From NCBI GenBank assembly GCA_951801965.1, contig CATOPA010000001.1, forward strand, positions 1 to 61,831: a stretch of 61,831 nt of DNA, in the 5' to 3' direction. Below are positions 51,546-60,363 of the stretch, piece after piece; the stretch's first letter is position 1; every line of letters begins with the position of its first letter. The notes below the pieces were generated by a model, which made no database searches, was not told where the DNA came from, and saw only the letters and a list, made by a program, of their open reading frames with translations. This DNA comes from an uncultured Erysipelotrichaceae bacterium (GTDB lineage Bacteria; Bacillota_I; Bacilli_A; Erysipelotrichales; Coprobacillaceae). A program made the translations under genes and the position numbers.

Positions 51546-53582
51546 TTGGATAGAGATACAATTAAACAAAAATTAAGAACCTTTTATGATGGTAAAATCG
51601 TTAGAAAAGATCTTACAAAGAAAATTAAAGAAGGTGCAAATGTACCAGTTTATGTACTAGAGTTTTTGTTAGGTCAATATTGTAATTCTGATGATGAAGC
51701 TATTATTGAAGTAGGAGTAGAGAAAGTTAAAAAGATACTTGCTGATAATTTTGTTCGCCCTGATGAAGCACAAAAAATATTATCTTTATTAAGACAAAAA
51801 GGATCCTATTCAGTGATTGATCGTATGACGGTGCGATTAGATGTAAAAAAAGATACTTATTTTGCAGAGTTTTCTAATCTTGGGTTAAAAGATGTACCTA
51901 TACCAGAAGACTATCCAACTCAATTTGATCGCTTATTATGCGGTGGTATTTGGTGTATGGTATCTTTGGAATATGAGTATTTAGAAGAAGATAAAAAAGG
52001 AAATCCAATAAAAATCCGTAACTTGAAGCCAATTCAAATGCCTTATATTGATATTAATGAGTTTAAAGAGAACAGAAAAGAATTTACAAAAGAGGAATGG
52101 ATTGATATATTACTTCGTTCGATTGGTATGGAGCCAGATGAGTTAAGTGATAGAGAAAAATGGTTGTTAATTTTAAGAATGGTTCCTTTAGCTGAAAATA
52201 ATTTTAATTTATGTGAACTTGGCCCAAGAAGTACTGGAAAATCTCATTTATATAAGGAAATATCACCAAATAGTATTTTAGTATCTGGTGGTCAGACAAC
52301 AGTGGCTAATTTATTTTATAATATGGGTAGAAAGACTGTGGGTTTGGTAGGTCTATGGGATTGCGTTGCCTTTGATGAAGTAGCAGGAATTAATTTCAAA
52401 GATAAAGATGGTATTCAAATTATGAAAGATTATATGGCTTCTGGTTCTTTTGCCCGTGGAAAAGAAGAAAAGTCTGCTAGTGCATCAATGGTATTTGTAG
52501 GTAATATTAATCAAAGTGTAGATGTATTATTAAAGACTTCTTCATTATTTGATCCATTTCCACTTGAAATGGGTACCGATACAGCCTTTTTGGATCGTAT
52601 GCACTGTTATTTACCAGGATGGGAAGTACCTAAATTTAGACCTAATCACTTTACGGATGATTATGGATTCATAACGGATTATTTATCAGAAGTTTTTAGA
52701 GAACTAAGAAAGGTCCAACAAGGAGACTCTTTAGATAAATATTATCGATTGGGTAAAAATTTAAATCAACGTGATACGATTGCAGTAAGAAAAATGGTAT
52801 CAGGATTGATAAAGTTAATTTATCCAGATGGGAATTATACTAAAGAGGAACTTGAGGAAATTCTAAGATTATCACTAGAAATGCGTAGAAGAGTAAAAGA
52901 ACAACTAAAAAAACTTGGTGGTATGGAGTTCTATGATATTAATTTCTCATACATAGATAATGAATCGTTTGAAGAAAAATATGTATCTGTGCCAGAACAA
53001 GGTGGGGGAAAATTGATTCCAGATGGTATGTGTAATCCAGGTCAGGTTTATACTATTGGGCAAGGAAAATCAGGTATGATTGGAGTCTTTAGACTTGAAA
53101 GTCAGATGATACCAGGAAATGGTAAGTTTGATAAAACTGGATTGGGAAGTGATAGAGAATGTAAAGAGGCGGTTTCTATTGCATTTAATTATTTAAAAGC
53201 AAATGTTAAAAGAATTAGTGGTGCCATTAGTACAACGACAAAAGATTATATTATCAATTATCAAGATTTACAGGGAATTGGTATGATGGATAAACTAACT
53301 TTGCCAACACTAATTGCATTATGTTCCATTGCATTAGGGAAACCAACACTAGCAAATTTAGCAATTATTGGTGATATTACAATTAGTGGAACAATGATAA
53401 AAGTTGATGAATTAGCTAACACACTTCAAGTATGTTTAGATAGTGGAGCGAAAAAAGTATTAATTCCGAGTACATCATTCACTGATTTTGCAACTGTTCC
53501 AGCGGAATTGATGAGTGCCTTTCAACTTATACCATATCAAAGTGCAGAAGATGCTGTATATAAGGCACTTGGTGTAGAATAA
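51546..53582 (+). CDS. brxL: BREX Lon-like protease/ATPase BrxL
   Basis: 678 aa. Walker A GPRSTGKSHLY, Walker B VAFDEVAG and a Lon-protease-like C-terminus. TTG start 6 nt after a GGGGGGG RBS. Confidence 0.88.
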   Translation: MDRDTIKQKLRTFYDGKIVRKDLTKKIKEGANVPVYVLEFLLGQYCNSDDEAIIEVGVEKVKKILADNFVRPDEAQKILSLLRQKGSYSVIDRMTVRLDVKKDTYFAEFSNLGLKDVPIPEDYPTQFDRLLCGGIWCMVSLEYEYLEEDKKGNPIKIRNLKPIQMPYIDINEFKENRKEFTKEEWIDILLRSIGMEPDELSDREKWLLILRMVPLAENNFNLCELGPRSTGKSHLYKEISPNSILVSGGQTTVANLFYNMGRKTVGLVGLWDCVAFDEVAGINFKDKDGIQIMKDYMASGSFARGKEEKSASASMVFVGNINQSVDVLLKTSSLFDPFPLEMGTDTAFLDRMHCYLPGWEVPKFRPNHFTDDYGFITDYLSEVFRELRKVQQGDSLDKYYRLGKNLNQRDTIAVRKMVSGLIKLIYPDGNYTKEELEEILRLSLEMRRRVKEQLKKLGGMEFYDINFSYIDNESFEEKYVSVPEQGGGKLIPDGMCNPGQVYTIGQGKSGMIGVFRLESQMIPGNGKFDKTGLGSDRECKEAVSIAFNYLKANVKRISGAISTTTKDYIINYQDLQGIGMMDKLTLPTLIALCSIALGKPTLANLAIIGDITISGTMIKVDELANTLQVCLDSGAKKVLIPSTSFTDFATVPAELMSAFQLIPYQSAEDAVYKALGVE

Positions 53583-53667
53583 AGAAGGAAACGATATAAA
53601 TGTATATCTCTGATATTTTGATGGATTGTTATAAAAATCATAAAAAATAAAGTGAAAATATGTATTC

Positions 53668-53714
53668 ACCAAGCACTGATTACCTAGTGTAGTCTTGCTT
53701 GGTTTTTCTTTTTG
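53668..53714 (+). terminator. terminator after brxL
   Basis: ACCAAGCA ... TGCTTGGT stem followed by TTTTTCTTTTT. Confidence 0.6.
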
Positions 53715-53964
53715 TTGAACAATAATACTTGTTATAGGTATCACATACTGTTATGTCATGTCTTAATGATTTGATAAGTGGTGTAAGTGATTTAGCTTCC
53801 TCTTGGTATTGTTGTTTTAATGATGAACCCATACATTTTCTAGTTTTGTTTCTAACTAATCGTTTCTTATTTTTTAGTTCTTGTAACTTTGAATATTGCT
53901 TTTTTTGTAATTTTGTATTTGTTCTAAAGTGGTGAAACTGTTTGATAGGATAAACTTTGTGTGT
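53680..53964 (-). pseudogene. start-less 94-codon relic resembling the C-terminal coiled-coil of a mobile-element relaxase/recombinase
   Basis: Open frame without a plausible start: ...KKQYSKLQELKNKKRLVRNKTRKC.GSSLKQQYQEEAKSLTPLIKSLRHDITVCDTY... From memory, this pattern (EEAK.L.P.IK.LR.....C) is found in the tails of Firmicute ICE/IME proteins. Confidence 0.3.
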
Positions 53965-54130
53965 TCACAAATCATGTCTAGATACTTCACATCTTGCTTC
54001 ATTTCCTTAATGATTTCTTGTTTATTTCCTCATTGTTAGAAATATAGTCAATACTATGACCATAAACAAGGATATTTAACAATTCATTTTTTCATAAAAA
54101 TATAGTAATAATAACAGTTTCTAACTAAAT

Positions 54131-54154
54131 TTGACTCATGAATTATGGTATAAT
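54131..54154 (+). promoter_or_regulatory. candidate promoter of the second COG2865-type gene
   Basis: TTGACT at 54131-54136 and an extended -10 TGGTATAAT at 54146-54154. The spacer is short (12 nt), so the -35 assignment is doubtful. Confidence 0.4.
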
Positions 54155-54204
54155 GAAATACGAAATCAAATATTAAATAACAAAAGATGAAAGGAGAAGA
54201 TTGG

Positions 54205-55724
54205 ATGAATTTAAATGACTTACAAGCATTTGCTCATAGTATGATAGAAAATAACCGTGCTGAATGTGATTTTGTAGAATACAAAAAATCTTATCAACAA
54301 GAAGATAAGATTTTAAAAACGATTTGTGCTTATGCAAATAATTTTATGAATCGTGATTATGGTTATTTGTTTATTGGTATTGAAGAACAAGATGATAAAG
54401 TAGATGGTGTAAAAGCTATTCCAGTTAGACCAATTACGGGTTTGTTGGAAAGACAATTAGAAGTAGCTGAAAAACATATTAAGTCCTTATTTAAGATATA
54501 CAGCCAACACCAACATGTCATTTTATTTCTGATCAAATTGATGGCAAATGGTATTTAGTTATTGTAGTAGAACCTAGCAATCGTTTAACAGAAGTTACTG
54601 ATAAGGGAGCACATAAAACAAAACTTCCTAAGGGTGGCCGTTATATTCGTGTGAACAGAGATACTATATTACCTAATACGAGACAAGAGTATGAATTATT
54701 AAGAAAATTTGCTGGTTATTCATTCTGTGATGATTTTCATGCGACTGCAACTCTTGATGATTTAAACTATGAATATATGAAAGAATATCTTGTGAAAACA
54801 AATGCTGCACATGATTTAAGAAAACTTCCAAAAGAAGAGATGGCTAAAATGTTGAAACTTGTTGGCGAAGAAGAATCAAACAAAGATAAAATAAAGAACT
54901 TTGCCTTGTTAATGTTTGCTGATAGACCCGAAGATTATATTCCAGGTGCTCATGTTGAAATTATTACAGAAAGTAGAGATGGTACTTCTAGAATGAGTGC
55001 AGAAAAGTTTGAAGGCCCTATTTGGATTCAGGCACAACAAGTTAGAAACTACTTTAAAGATAGAATAGAACATTCTTATACACTTAGAGAAAGTGGAAAT
55101 ATTTATCATCGTATCGTCAAGAATTGGCCAGATATCGCTTGGAATGAGTTTTCAACAAATATGATTTTACATAAGAACTATGATAATCCTAACTATGCTG
55201 GGATTTATGTATATGTAGATCATATCTCTTTTGCAAATCATAATCGTCCTTTACCACCTGTTTCTATTAAAGATTTAAATGAGAAAACTGTCTTTGATAT
55301 TCGTACTTATTTAAATCCACAAATCAAAGATATGTTTTATAAGTTGCACTTAATAGAATCCTATGGTTCAGGTGTTAGACGTGCTAAAACAGCCCTAGAA
55401 GAAAATGGTAATAATGCGCCAGTGTTTTTACCAGATAATGAAACAGATGATTATACACAAGTCATTATGTATATCAATAAAGAGTATAAAGAATATGAGG
55501 ATAAAGATACTAAACCGATACAAACTGAAATAATAAAATTGCCTAAAAATCAACAAATTGTCTATGATACGATTTTAAATAATCCAGGATTAAGAATCCC
55601 TGCATTAAGTGAAATATGTGGATTAAAAGAAAAGAGTATTGAACATGCATTAGAAAAATTAAGAGCCAAAAAATTAGTTGTATTTAATGGGAATAATAAA
55701 ACTGGCGGATACTTTATTATTTAA
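54205..55724 (+). pseudogene. second Schlafen/AlbA_2 (COG2865-type) gene, split by a single frameshift
   Basis: ORF 54187..54558 carries the AlbA_2 N-terminal half (AECDFVEYKKSY...CAYANNF...GYLFIGI). The frame changes at the TTATTTAAG run (~54490-54495), after which DIQPTPTCHFISDQIDGKWYLVIVVEP... continues into ORF 54651..55724 (NMILHKNYDNPNYAGIYV..., C-terminal wHTH). Confidence 0.7.
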
Positions 55725-55725
55725 T

Positions 55726-55761
55726 AGTGGTGAGTAAAGTGGTGAATAAAGTGGTGAATAA
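55726..55761. repeat. tandem 12-bp array AGTGGTGA(G/A)TAA x3
   Basis: Units AGTGGTGAGTAA / AGTGGTGAATAA / AGTGGTGAATAA start 2 nt after the stop of the second COG2865-type gene and are followed by a degenerate AAAAGGTTAATT. A further near copy, AAAGTGGTGAAA, lies at 53926-53937. Confidence 0.9.
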
Positions 55762-56230
55762 AAAGGTTAATTCAATTACGCACGCACGCGTTCACAATTG
55801 CTAATATTTAATTAAAATGGAAGGATTATAAAACAGATGAATGAAAATAATAACTGTCAAAATACTGTTGATTTTCTTTTGAATGACTTACACTAAGGAT
55901 ATCATAAATATTTAAGGGATATTCTTAAACCGTTTATATTCCTAAACAACGATACTTTTTCAGTCTCATATGAAAAATAAGTAAAGATTTATATACTCAT
56001 AAAGTTTATCTTGAAGAGGTGTGACCGATCATGATAAACTTTTTTTGTATTCAAATATGAAAGAGTTAAGAAAGAATGACAATGAAATAAAGTATCTTGT
56101 AAAAAATATGATGGCTCTCAATCATTTCGTTGTTATAAGTAAAATAATAATTGTCAACTTTATTTAAGATAGTGTATAATAAGGAACACAAATCTCATCT
56201 CCTATAATGAAAGAAAAGAGGAATAAGAAA

Positions 56231-56923
56231 ATGAAAAAACCACATATACTTGTTGTTGATGACGAAAAAGAAATTACTGATTTAATAGAAATATACTTAG
56301 TTCAAGAAGGTTATGAAGTAGAAAAAAGATATAATGCATTAACTTTGCTTGAAGACATAAAAAAATATGACATAGATCTTGTAATTCTTGATGTTATGAT
56401 GCCAGAAATAGATGGTATACAAGCCTTAAAAATGATAAGAGAATGTTGCCATATTCCTGTCATTATTGTTTCTGCCAAAACATCTGATAATGATAAGATT
56501 GAAGGACTTCTATCAGGAGCTGACGATTATATGAGCAAACCTTTTAATGCTATGGAGTTAGTTGCAAGAGTAAAATCACAATTAAGACGTTTTCAAGTTT
56601 TTAGCCAAGCAGCTCCAGCTCATCATGTTATTGAAGCACATGATTTAGTTATTAATACTCAAAAGAAATCTATTACATTAGATAATGTTCCTATTTCATT
56701 AACTAAGATTGAGTATGAAATTCTTGTTTTACTTGCTAGTGATCCAGGAACAGTTTTTTCTATAGAAGATATCTTTGAAAAAATATGGCATGAAAAGTCT
56801 ACAAATCCTAACAATATCATTATGGTACACATTAGAAAATTAAGAGAAAAAATAGAAAGGCAACCAAGAAATCCAAGACATATTAAAACAGTTTGGGGAG
56901 TTGGGTATAAATTTGATTTATGA
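56231..56923 (+). CDS. OmpR-family response regulator
   Basis: HILVVDDEKEI, LVILDVMMPEIDG and SAKTSD form the receiver domain. The C-terminus is a winged helix ending TVWGVGYKF. Confidence 0.9.
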   Translation: MKKPHILVVDDEKEITDLIEIYLVQEGYEVEKRYNALTLLEDIKKYDIDLVILDVMMPEIDGIQALKMIRECCHIPVIIVSAKTSDNDKIEGLLSGADDYMSKPFNAMELVARVKSQLRRFQVFSQAAPAHHVIEAHDLVINTQKKSITLDNVPISLTKIEYEILVLLASDPGTVFSIEDIFEKIWHEKSTNPNNIIMVHIRKLREKIERQPRNPRHIKTVWGVGYKFDL

Positions 56924-58047
56924 TTAAGAAAATTAGACATCTTTTTATAAGTAGTTTTCGATGGAGACTATTAATTAATATTGTTATTTCATATCTTTTT
57001 ACCTTTGTTGTTTATAGTGGACTACTTTTTGTTTTAGAACAACTTGATTTATTTCATTTAAATATAGAGATAAAGTATATTATTGCATTTATCATTTCTC
57101 TTTTATTGTTTCTTTTTATATTTTTCAAGCTTATGAATATTACTTTAAAGTATATTTATGATTTAAGTCATATTATTCAAGAAGTCACAGCAGGAGATTA
57201 TGATGTAGAAGTTCCCATTAAATATGATGATGAATTAGGGTTATTAGCAGCGAATATCAATGCACTTACAAGAACATTAAAGACACAAGAAAAAGAAGGA
57301 CGTATTCTTAAAGAAAATGAACGTTTAGCTTTTGATGCTGAAAGAAATGCAGAACAACAAAAGAATGACTTGATTACTAATATTGCACATGATTTAAGAA
57401 CACCTCTTACAACAGTTGTGGGGTATTTAGAATTAATTAAAAATAATCAGGCTTTATCTAAAGAAGATATTCAAAAATATGCAAGCATTGCATATGAAAA
57501 ATCAAAAAGATTACAATCAATGATGGATGATTTGTTTGAATATACAAGTCTAAATCGTACAAATGTCAAAATGAACATAGGAATATTAAATATATCTGAA
57601 TTGATTTTACAAATGGTTGATGAATTTTATCCTACTTTTCAAGAACATGATCTTAATCCTCAAGTCAAGATAAGTGATCCTAATCTTTTTATTTATGGAG
57701 ATGGACAATTGATTGCAAGAATTTTTGATAACCTTTTATCAAATGCAGTAAAGTATGGTGAGGATCATAATGATATTCATATAGAAGTTTTAAATGATGA
57801 AATCAATGTAACAATCAAAATTATGAATTATGGAAATCCAATATCACAAGAAGATCTTCCATATATATTTAATAAATTTTATCGTTCTGATACATCACGT
57901 TCTTCACAAACAGGAGGTTCAGGTTTAGGGTTAGCGATAGCTAAAAACATTGTGCGTATGCATAATGGAGAAATATTTGCGACAAGTCATAAGAATAAAA
58001 CAACATTTGTTGTTTCGTTTAAAAAAATGCAAGAAAAAGATTTATAA
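56920..58047 (+). CDS. sensor histidine kinase (2 TM, HAMP, HisKA, HATPase_c)
   Basis: H-box ITNIAHDLRTPLT, N-box LLSNAVKYG and G-boxes GGSGLGLAIAK. It overlaps the response-regulator stop by 4 nt. Confidence 0.9.
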   Translation: MIKKIRHLFISSFRWRLLINIVISYLFTFVVYSGLLFVLEQLDLFHLNIEIKYIIAFIISLLLFLFIFFKLMNITLKYIYDLSHIIQEVTAGDYDVEVPIKYDDELGLLAANINALTRTLKTQEKEGRILKENERLAFDAERNAEQQKNDLITNIAHDLRTPLTTVVGYLELIKNNQALSKEDIQKYASIAYEKSKRLQSMMDDLFEYTSLNRTNVKMNIGILNISELILQMVDEFYPTFQEHDLNPQVKISDPNLFIYGDGQLIARIFDNLLSNAVKYGEDHNDIHIEVLNDEINVTIKIMNYGNPISQEDLPYIFNKFYRSDTSRSSQTGGSGLGLAIAKNIVRMHNGEIFATSHKNKTTFVVSFKKMQEKDL

Positions 58048-58257
58048 TAATGAATATCCCTTTTTCATGCTTTGTCATTACGCCCATAGTTTTGGGCTTT
58101 TTTTATTTCTATAAGGACTTATTATTTATAAGTGGTCAAGCATTTAAAAAGATAATAAAATTTTATGTTTACTTTTTAGGCATATTAAGAAGTTGTTGTT
58201 TTCCTGTTGGCATATATTGTATGGAATGTGATAAAAGCATTCGAGGGAGGTGAAAAA

Positions 58258-59181
58258 ATGAAGAGAAATAAACAACATGATACTTTGTTTTATCTTGGTG
58301 ATGAACAAGATGAATGTTGCTTAGGAGCAAAGTGTGAAAGCTGGGAATGTCAATCAAGAAAATGTTTTTGTCAATGTTGTCCATGTATGCAAGGACCAAC
58401 TGGTCCACAAGGTCCAACAGGAGCTCAAGGAATCCAAGGCCCAGCAGGAGCGACAGGACCAACAGGAGCTCAAGGGATACAAGGTCCAGTCGGGGCAACA
58501 GGACCAACAGGAGTTCAAGGAATCCAAGGTCCAGTCGGGGCAACAGGTCCAACAGGAGTTCAAGGAATCCAAGGTCCAGTAGGAGTGACAGGTCCAACAG
58601 GACTTCAAGGAATTCAAGGCCCAGTCGGAGCGACAGGTCCAACAGGGCCTCAAGGGATCCAAGGTCCAGTAGGACCAACTGGTCCAACAGGGGTTTGTGT
58701 GTGTCCTTGTCAATCAAGAGGTGAACTTGCTGTTAATGGAACAATGGAATCTTTTACTAACAATCTTCCAACAGGATGGTCTACGACTACACCTAGTGCA
58801 ATTAGTAGAGTGACTGCTCAAGGGCGTGTTCATACAGGACAGTCAGCAGTCAATATAAGAGATAATGGTGTTCTTGAACAAAATATTCCAATTAATGGAG
58901 GATGCTTTTATGACTTCTCTTTCTTTGCAAGAGGGGAAGGTAGTCAAGTTGGTATCACAGCAACATTAAGTTTTACAAATGCACAAAATCTTAATGTGTT
59001 AGGAGTACAAATAGACATTCAGCCACAAGATATGCCAACTGGTAATAGAGAATATGGATATTTTAGAAAGATATCTATTGTTGCACCTAACGATGCAACT
59101 AATGCAAGAATTCGATTTGTCGTTGATGCAATGGGACAACAGTCTGCTGATATTGATGATGTGTCTTTATCTATAGATTAA
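58258..59181 (+). CDS. collagen-like triple-helix repeat protein with Cys-rich borders and a C-terminal beta-rich (CBM/jelly-roll-like) domain
   Basis: Start at MKRNKQHD after a GGGAGGTG RBS. The sequence runs [24 protein letters not shown], then about 33 G-X-Y triplets, then CVCPC, then a ~165-aa domain. Confidence 0.85.
   Translation: MKRNKQHDTLFYLGDEQDECCLGAKCESWECQSRKCFCQCCPCMQGPTGPQGPTGAQGIQGPAGATGPTGAQGIQGPVGATGPTGVQGIQGPVGATGPTGVQGIQGPVGVTGPTGLQGIQGPVGATGPTGPQGIQGPVGPTGPTGVCVCPCQSRGELAVNGTMESFTNNLPTGWSTTTPSAISRVTAQGRVHTGQSAVNIRDNGVLEQNIPINGGCFYDFSFFARGEGSQVGITATLSFTNAQNLNVLGVQIDIQPQDMPTGNREYGYFRKISIVAPNDATNARIRFVVDAMGQQSADIDDVSLSID
58411..58680 (+). repeat. six tandem 45-bp units encoding GPTG(A/V/L/P)QGIQGP(A/V)G(A/V/P)T
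   Basis: Each unit begins GG(A/T)CCAACAGG. The units are contiguous from 58411 to 58680 and a partial seventh starts at 58681. Confidence 0.9.
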
Positions 59182-59208
59182 GAGGTGTGAGAATTCATAC
59201 CTCTTTTT
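59180..59208 (+). terminator. rho-independent terminator after the collagen-like gene
   Basis: AAGAGGTGTG / CATACCTCTT stem (one G-U pair), 6-nt loop, TTTTT run. Confidence 0.8.
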
Positions 59209-59247
59209 CAATCACAGGGAGGTGTTATTATAGAAATCAGTTTATGT

Positions 59248-60285
59248 ATGATAGTTAAGGATGAAGAAGATGTTATTGGAAGATGCTTAGATTGCGTAAA
59301 AGATATTGTTGATGAGATGATTATTGTTGATACAGGGTCAAAGGATAATACAGAGAAGATTGTTTCTCAATATACAGATAAAGTATATCATTTTTTATGG
59401 GAAGATGATTTTTCTAAAGCACGCAATTTTTCTTTTTCTAAAGCAACAAGGGACTATATTTTATGGTTAGATGCAGATGATGTCATTGATGAAGAAAATA
59501 TTATAAAACTAAAGACATTAAAGAAAAATCTTGATTCTTCTATAGATGTTGTAATGATGAAATATCAAATAGGAGATCAGTTTGTCTTTTATAGAGAAAG
59601 ATTGTTAAAAAGGGAAAAGGGCTTTATTTGGTCAAATGCAGTTCATGAAACTATAAATATAGATGGATATATTGATTATCAAGATATAACAATATTTCAT
59701 AAAAAAGAGAAAGTGAACGATTCTTTTAGAAATATAAAAATTTATAAGAAGTTATTAAAAAATGGAAAAAAATTAAATGCAAGAGAAACTTTTTATTATG
59801 CTCGAGAGTTATATGAATATCAATATTATGAGGAAGCTATAAAATACTTTTGTCGATTTTTAAAAAACAAAAATGCATGGATTGAAAACAAGATAGAAGC
59901 TTGCTTGAATCTAAGTCAATGTTATTATCAGAGAAATGAAAAAGACAAAGCCTATAAAATTTTGATAAAAAGTTTTATATATGATTTACCACGTTCAGAA
60001 ATTCTTTGTGAATTAGGATATTTATGTTTTTTGAATGGTGAATATAAGAAAGCTATTTACTGGTATCAATTGGCTTTAAAAAATAAGATAGATATAAAAA
60101 AAGGTGGATTTATAAGAAAAGATTGTTATGATTTTATACCTTATGTCCAATTATGTATTTGTTATTATCAATTGAATGATTTAAAAACGGCGCTTTATTA
60201 TCATGAAAAAGCAGGACAAGTCAATCCTTCACATCCTATTTATCAATATAATTGTCAATATTTCAATCAGATGACTAAGAAGTGA
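59248..60285 (+). CDS. family 2 glycosyltransferase fused to TPR-like repeats
   Basis: MIVKDEEDVIGRCL, IVDTGSKDNT and LWLDADD (DxD) form the GT2 domain, and the C-terminal half is TPR-like (YYEEAIKYF, GEYKKAIYWYQLAL). The true start may be non-ATG at 59227-59232. Confidence 0.8.
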   Translation: MIVKDEEDVIGRCLDCVKDIVDEMIIVDTGSKDNTEKIVSQYTDKVYHFLWEDDFSKARNFSFSKATRDYILWLDADDVIDEENIIKLKTLKKNLDSSIDVVMMKYQIGDQFVFYRERLLKREKGFIWSNAVHETINIDGYIDYQDITIFHKKEKVNDSFRNIKIYKKLLKNGKKLNARETFYYARELYEYQYYEEAIKYFCRFLKNKNAWIENKIEACLNLSQCYYQRNEKDKAYKILIKSFIYDLPRSEILCELGYLCFLNGEYKKAIYWYQLALKNKIDIKKGGFIRKDCYDFIPYVQLCICYYQLNDLKTALYYHEKAGQVNPSHPIYQYNCQYFNQMTKK

Positions 60286-60363
60286 CATATTTTTATAAAT
60301 TATAAAAGAAAAAGCAATTCTTATTATAAATAAAAATTGCTCTTATAAAAGATTTGTTTATTA

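Noticed and set aside
55728-55805. A GTG-initiated mini-ORF (VVSKVVNKVVNKKVNSITHARVHNC) running through the 12-bp tandem array.
   Set aside because: There is no RBS. The repetitive peptide is simply the translation of the DNA repeat, so a DNA-level role for the array is more plausible.
58050-58253. A 67-aa hydrophobic ORF between the histidine kinase and the collagen-like gene.
   Set aside because: There is no convincing RBS, and it overlaps the likely promoter and RBS region of the collagen-like gene. It cannot be supported from sequence alone.
58169-58724. Four long ORFs in other frames or on the opposite strand across the collagen repeat (58169..58717 -, 58334..58582 +, 58347..58724 +, 58354..58713 -).
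   Set aside because: They are by-products of the 9-bp/45-bp periodic GGN-CCN repeat, which keeps several frames open. Their products are low-complexity (L/D/S/R-rich), lack RBSs, and are fully nested in the well-supported G-X-Y frame.
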